NCBI RefSeq assembly: GCF_001194135.2
Contig: NC_069006.1
Coordinates: 21,496,218-21,535,656, forward strand
Source: Octopus bimaculoides
Taxonomy: Eukaryota
DNA: 39,439 nt
Reading direction: 5' to 3'
Shown here: one piece after another, positions 35,450 through 39,439 of the stretch
Layout: each line of letters starts with the position of its first letter
Numbering within the stretch: the stretch's first letter is position 1
Program-made: the position numbers and the translations under genes
The notes under the pieces: generated by a model
Database searches by the model: none
Seen by the model: the letters and a program-made list of their open reading frames with translations, nothing else
Told to the model about the DNA's origin: nothing

Positions 35450-35780
35450 GAAAGCACGTGGCTTAGTGGCAGGGGTATTCGGCTCATGATGATCGTATGT
35501 TCGCGGGTTCGATTCCCAGCGGCGCGTTGTGTCCTTGAGCAAGACACTTAATTTCACGTTGTTCCAGTCCACTCAACTGGCAGAAATGAGCGATATCTGT
35601 ATTGCAAAGGGGTCAGCCTTGTTACATACTGCGTCACACTGAATCTCTTTCTGAACTACGTTATGGGTATGTGCGTGTCTGTGGAGTACTCAGCCACTTG
35701 CGCGTTAATTTCACGAACAGCCTGTTCCGTTGATCAGATCAACTGGGAGACACTCATCGTCGTAACCGACGGAATTCCAA
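35450..35780 (+). mobile_element. tRNA-derived SINE family C, full length
   Basis: A-box TGGCTTAGTGG 35459-35469 and B-box GGTTCGATTCC 35506-35516. The 5' part matches 966-1090 and the 3' part matches 6233-6300. Confidence 0.85.
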
Positions 35781-36516
35781 TTTTGACACTACCATTATCA
35801 TTATTGTCAACATTATCATTAATGTTACTATCATCATCATTGTCATTGTTGTCATCATCATCATCATCGCCAACATCACTCTGATCAGTATCACCAGCAG
35901 TGGTACAACTAACACTACTACCACTACTACCACCACTACCACTGTTACTACTATTATTAGTTGAGCTATAGTTTTCGTCTTAACCAGAACTACGGTATGT
36001 CTCATTGGTATTCTCAGAAGTCAAACCGTACGTAACCGAAATACCCCTCACACACACACACACACACATACATACCCAGCCACTTGCACACGAATGCTAG
36101 CGTCTTTACGCACGAGCAGGTGCACATGTACGCCCACCCGCATATACAAGTATAAATACACACACATACCCAAATACATTAAGGTCGGAACGCATGTGAA
36201 TTTTGAAAAGCGCAGACAAATCCATGAACCACTGGAGACCAAACCAGCCCAGCACGACCCAGCCCGAACCAGCATCCGAAATGTCTAGCGTTTAACATAT
36301 ATGTGTGTAGGAATATATATGTAAGCAGCTATACATCTTCTGTATTTTTGTTTGCATGCGTGAATACACGCACGCGTGCACCCAACGAAATGCATGTAAC
36401 GCTAGTTGGCGCTTTTCACGCTTGCACACGACAGCAATAAAATTCACTGAAAGTTTATTTACAATGTGAAGCCACTTGCACACCACGCAGCACTATTCGT
36501 GCAATATAAATATATA

Positions 36517-36856
36517 TACAGGGTGTCCCAAAAGTCACTGATGGCTTTCAATTTCTAATAACTTCCTTAACTTCACAAATGAATGCATGAAATTTTCATA
36601 CAATATAAAGGACAAAATGGAAATTAATATGCACAAGTCAAATTTTGCAACACCACTACATCACATATGAAAAATGACATCGCTTAAATGGTAGCCATTT
36701 TCGGCTTCGCATGCCCGTACCCTTTCCAAAACTTGTACCATAACTCCCTCACGAGTTTCAGACCCCACTTCTCTGATTTCTCAATTGATGTTGCCTTTCA
36801 GTTGCATCAGGGTCTCCGGTGTGTTGAGGTAAACCCTCTCTTTCGGGTATCCGCAC
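36517..36856 (-). mobile_element. DD37D/maT-like Tc1/mariner transposon right end with decayed transposase C-terminus
   Basis: Minus 36855-36661 translates CGYPKERVYLNTPETLMQLKGNIN*EIREVGSETREGVMVQVLERVRACEAENGYHLSDVIFHM* (WGYLK..VY...P.TL..LK.NI...C....G.HL.DVIF pattern; internal TGA at 36783-36781). Terminus TA|CAGGGTGTCCCAAAAG at 36517-36534. Cut off upstream by the SINE stack at 36865. Confidence 0.85.
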
Positions 36857-36864
36857 TAGAAAAA

Positions 36865-37065
36865 AGCTGGCAGAATCGATAGCACGCTGAAAAAGTGCTT
36901 AGCGGCATTTCGGCTCTGTCTTTACGTTCTGAGTTCAAATTCCGCCGGAGTCGGTTGTACCTTTCATCGTTTCGGGGTCGATGAAATAAATGCTAATTGA
37001 ACTCTGGGGTCGATGTAATCGACTAGTTCCCTCCGCCAAAATTACTGGCCTTTATCATTATTATT
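36865..37065 (+). mobile_element. SINE family A, stack member 1
   Basis: Head, B-box, core and short ATT tail. Confidence 0.9.
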
Positions 37066-37277
37066 AAGCAACAAGCGGACAGAATCATTAACCCGCAGGC
37101 AAAATGCTTAGCAGAATTTCTTCTGTCTTTATGCTCTGAGTTCAAATTCCGCTGAAGTCGACTTTGCCTTTCATCCTTTCGGGGTCGATAAATTAAGTAC
37201 CAGTGAAACAGTGGGGTCGATGTAATCGACTAGTCCCCTCCCACCAAATGTGAGGCCTTGTGCCCCCAATAGAAAGG

Positions 37278-37313
<36 letters not shown>
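37066..37313 (+). mobile_element. SINE family A, stack member 2 with long (ATT)n tail
   Basis: Head, B-box, core and 3' end. Confidence 0.9.
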
Positions 37314-37317
<4 letters not shown>

Positions 37318-37538
37318 CAGTGAGTGGCAGAATCGTTAGCACCCCGGGCGAAATGCTTAGCGGTATTTCGTCTGTCTTTACGTTCTGAGTTCAAATTCCG
37401 CCGAGGTCGACTTCGCCTTTCATCGTTTCGGGGTCGATAAACTAAGTATCGGTCGAGTACTGGGATCGATGTAATCGACTATCCTCCGCCCCCACCAAAC
37501 TTCAGGCCTTGTGCCTCTAGTAGAAACGATTATTATTA
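37314..37538 (+). mobile_element. SINE family A, stack member 3
   Basis: GGCAGAATCGTTAGCAC head, B-box GAGTTCAAATTCC at 37387-37399, core and ATT tail. Confidence 0.9.
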
Positions 37539-37959
37539 CATGCATAAGCAGACATTTCATTACATAATAAGCACACTTTGTTGAACATCGATTTTATTTT
37601 TGTCCCTAACGGCCACCAGGAATCGAAGTTCACTATTATTATGGATTTGCTTAATGTGAATGACATCTGAACTGGTGCGAAAACATTTGTATGCACACAT
37701 AAACATATACGCTTCTCTTTTTCTCTCATATATATACGTGTTATATTATTTATGAGCGTGTGATCGTGTATGTGCCATGCGTCACTAAATCTTTCATACA
37801 GAATTAGGGACGCGGTGTGTGACACTGTGCAGAAAATATCTCTCTACGCCTGTTGCACAAATTTCCTTTCCGCCTGTCTGCCCCACCTCTCTCTCTTTTT
37901 GTCTATGTATTTATTTGTCAGTGATATATCCGTCTATCTTCCGTATATATTTATCTAAT

Positions 37960-37961
37960 AG

Positions 37962-38023
<62 letters not shown>

Positions 38024-38032
38024 GTCTGTCTA
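37960..38032 (+). repeat. (CTAT)n/(CTGT)n microsatellite
   Basis: Direct inspection. Confidence 0.95.
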
Positions 38033-38389
38033 TCTGTGCCTGCTGTCATCTATCTCTTTGTATGCCTGTCTGTCTATTAAGGTAATCGAACCGAGGTTTA
38101 TAAGTAGAAATAAGCTCACACTAGTAAGTGCTTCGTATGTCAAGCGTTTCAAACATCGTCTGAAAACCAAGTGCAACTCCTTGCCGTGTGTGACCCAGCT
38201 TATTAATTCGGTGGAACTGTAACTACTGAGAGAAGAAAAGTAATTAACGCGGATGCTGCTGCCGTAAAAACCAATGCCTCGGGAAGATGGAACTCATCAA
38301 CCTGAGAAGGACAAACGCTGCCTCAAAACCTCCGCTTCTTTGAGGCCAAACTCACTCACACACGAGCTAGCAGCAGCATATGACAAATG

Positions 38390-38530
38390 AATGCCTCTCA
38401 CACGTACCCTACAATGTCACTCGAAATATAAACAACCATATCTTCAAAATCTCGCGGCTCCGAGCTAATGATTTTAACGAAGATTTGGCTGCTATTTCTA
38501 CGCGGTTGAACCAACCACGTAAAAGTCCTC
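38390..38530 (+). mobile_element. Fragments of dispersed repeats shared with 34630-34653 and 31560-31627
   Basis: 20/24 match of 38447-38470 to 34630-34653, plus weaker similarity to 31570-31605. Confidence 0.45.
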
Positions 38531-39384
38531 TTATTAGCCCGTGATGCTGTTGATGATGATGGAAGTAATGATGATGATGGTGATGGTGGTGTCAGAGATT
38601 TATATTACCGTCACTTCCTTCCATTGTAGCTTTTAAACTGGTGTTAAATACCCGTTGAAAAATCGTCTGATATGACTTGATTTAGAATGGCGGTAGATGT
38701 TTAAGACAGCCATTTTCAGGATAACGAAAAATATCGCTTTTGCTCTGCCGAAGCTGCTTAACTTCTGGAATGGTTTAGATTTGCCTGGATTTCCTTGTAG
38801 TAAGCTTCATAGAGCCGATAGAGAGATTTTCTCGTGATTCTGGCATCTGCTTTTGATAATATTGGAATAGATTTTCATTTAAATGGGAGGTTTAAGTTAA
38901 AGCTATTTCATTACATAGCAAACAATTTTGATAGAGAAGTAGCTTCAGGTTAAAGATTTTGTCGCGGTTGTTGTTGTTGGAGGTGGTGACGGTGGGGTAT
39001 AGTTTCATCGATTTATCGTCGAAGAAAGCTTTCATATGGCTTCGGAAATCCAATCCGAATTAAGCGTTAAGTTCTTCTTGTTGTTGTTGTTGAGTAAAAT
39101 GTGTTTGTCTTACGTATATAATAGAAAATAGTAAAAATAAAAACCAGGGATTAGTTACACGGATCCAGGATCAAGAAGTTTGAGCATAATTATCGAGCGA
39201 AATATTCGAAAGCACACACATTTAAGAAGACGACAACGATTGAAGAAAGAATAACGATAAAAATAATTCTATTTTAGTTATAAGAGACCAAAAGAAACAT
39301 TTGACAACACACAGACAGAGGATAGCGGAGATTTACTTTAAAATGTGTTATGTTTTCAAATTTCAAACAGTTATGTTTTCAAAT

Positions 39385-39439
39385 TTTGACACAAGGCCAA
39401 TTCTGGGAGAAGAGGATAGTTTTCAACTGGTATTTATTG
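39385..39439 (-). mobile_element. Degenerate SINE family A 3' fragment at window edge
   Basis: GACACAAGGCCAATTCTGGGAG...CAACTGGTATTTATT resembles the reverse-complemented family A 3' end. Confidence 0.45.

Noticed and set aside
36865-37538. CRISPR-like repeat-spacer appearance of the stacked SINEs and duplicated blocks
   Set aside because: Units are ~200-250 bp diverged SINEs with Pol III boxes, there are no unique spacers or cas genes, and the context is eukaryotic.
38274-38390. Short ORF MPREDGTHQPEKDKRCLKTSASLRPNSLTHELAAAYDK
   Set aside because: 38 aa, no recognisable motif or splice context; consistent with chance.

Overview
Eukaryotic, AT-rich draft-assembly window saturated with microsatellites. 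It has 18 N-gaps totalling about 7.6 kb (about 19%), most of them bordered by simple repeats. The microsatellite density and the three tRNA-derived SINE families match what I recall of octopus (coleoid cephalopod) genomic DNA; that species assignment is inference. I find no intact protein-coding gene, tRNA gene, rRNA or CRISPR array. Nearly all ORFs in the supplied track are artefacts of N-runs or simple repeats. Supportable content: about 15 copies or fragments of an (ATT)n-tailed SINE (family A), often stacked head-to-tail; smaller numbers of two other SINE families (B, C); three decayed Tc1/mariner-superfamily transposase C-termini, each with one terminal inverted repeat (mariner-like, Tc1-like, DD37D/maT-like); a hAT-type MITE; a TTAA-flanked fold-back element; a probable C-terminal remnant of a restriction-like-endonuclease non-LTR retrotransposon; a ~300 bp near-identical duplication that is probably an assembly artefact; and a few unique islands carrying candidate exons or transcription-factor motif clusters. 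The window reads as a gene desert or large intron. I could not demonstrate a new biological system. The best leads are a possible microsatellite-targeting SINE/LINE pair, fold-back dsRNA structures and candidate cis-regulatory islands.
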